Shown: in pieces, positions 63,466 through 64,000 of the stretch
How positions within the stretch are numbered: the stretch's first letter is position 1
Layout of the letters: every line of letters starts with the position of its first letter
DNA from: an uncultured Nitrospinota bacterium
GTDB lineage: Bacteria > Tectomicrobia > Entotheonellia > J063 > CAVPRW01
Direction of reading: 5' to 3'
Length of the DNA stretch: 64,000 nt
NCBI GenBank assembly: GCA_963707985.1
Contig: CAVPRW010000013.1
Span: 1-64,000 of the forward strand
Notes under the pieces: model-generated
The model's input: only the letters and a program-made list of their open reading frames with translations
Database searches by the model: none
What the model was told of the DNA's origin: nothing
Translations under genes and position numbers: made by a program

Positions 63466-63670
63466 GCTTCTCCCCACTCACATACTGATCGAGATTGGCG
63501 GCAAAGTCTGGGGGCGCATCGATTTGAATATTCCGCAGGGTGGCCATCAAACTCCGTGGCTTTGCGTGTCGTTTGGAATCGATGAACTGTTTGATGACGG
63601 TGTACAGCGCCTCGAGGTCTTCGTCACTGAGGGTATCAAGCTCTGCTTGAATCAATTCTTTTGTTGACAT
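63443..63670 (-). CDS. Putative antitoxin
   Basis: 75 aa with a PPDFAANLDQY tail; overlaps the vapC start; AAGGAGG RBS. Confidence 0.7.
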   Translation of the reverse strand: MSTKELIQAELDTLSDEDLEALYTVIKQFIDSKRHAKPRSLMATLRNIQIDAPPDFAANLDQYVSGEKRAEPDIH

Positions 63671-64000
63671 ACTGCCTCCTTAGCGGAAGGAGTCTAGCAT
63701 ACACCGAATAGCCTTGTAAGTTGTGATCTTGCGGGCTTTTCTCTGAGAGCATGGCATCTGACAACATATGGTATGACATTGTATGTGGCGCGCAGGGGTG
63801 AGGCCATCATAGCTTATCTCTGTGTCGAGGTGTTGGAGGTTACCTGCAACACCTCAGACATTACAGGAGTCCCCACGGCAGCATCGGAAAGCTAGTACGG
63901 GGCATACATGGCTGATTTGAAGCGATTTCTGGTTTATCCATGCATTTGTCCAGCCGCACTGGTTCTGAACAACCCTTACTAGGCATTCTCGTCCGCGACC

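Overview
GC-rich bacterial accessory region with four blocks. (1) 1-17.1 kb is a complete integron: intI (16104-17096, +) divergent from attI (~15985) and a minus-strand array with nine attC sites. Cassettes, starting from attI: IS91-family HUH/Y2 transposase, HTH/GIY-YIG-like protein, a two-gene nuclease-like module, a SAM methyltransferase, a second IS91-family transposase, an LRR-Roc-COR-TIR protein, another methyltransferase, HigBA and DUF4145. Three group II intron RNAs invade the array; two sit in attC sites and one is nested inside another intron. (2) 17.6-30.6 kb holds a MITE, a BrnT/antitoxin pair and an oxidase operon (cupredoxin, multicopper oxidase, tyrosinase, LodA/GoxA-type oxidase, small protein, LodB-like flavoprotein) whose last 1.55 kb is duplicated. 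(3) 30.9-47.2 kb holds mosA with a mosB remnant, an unusual trxA-nuoC-nuoG-nuoH unit, several accessory genes and many gene and IS fragments. (4) 47.2-64 kb holds a UvrD-like helicase, a very large DEAD/DUF1998 helicase and about seven co-oriented toxin-antitoxin modules, interleaved with remnants of a DNA methyltransferase 3' end, an ISAs1 element and a DD80E IS630/Tc1-type transposase. The most novel-looking signal is the IS91-type transposase packaged twice as an attC-bounded cassette. Many genes are frameshifted; I cannot tell real decay from assembly indels. Family assignments come from motif recognition only; no database search was run.
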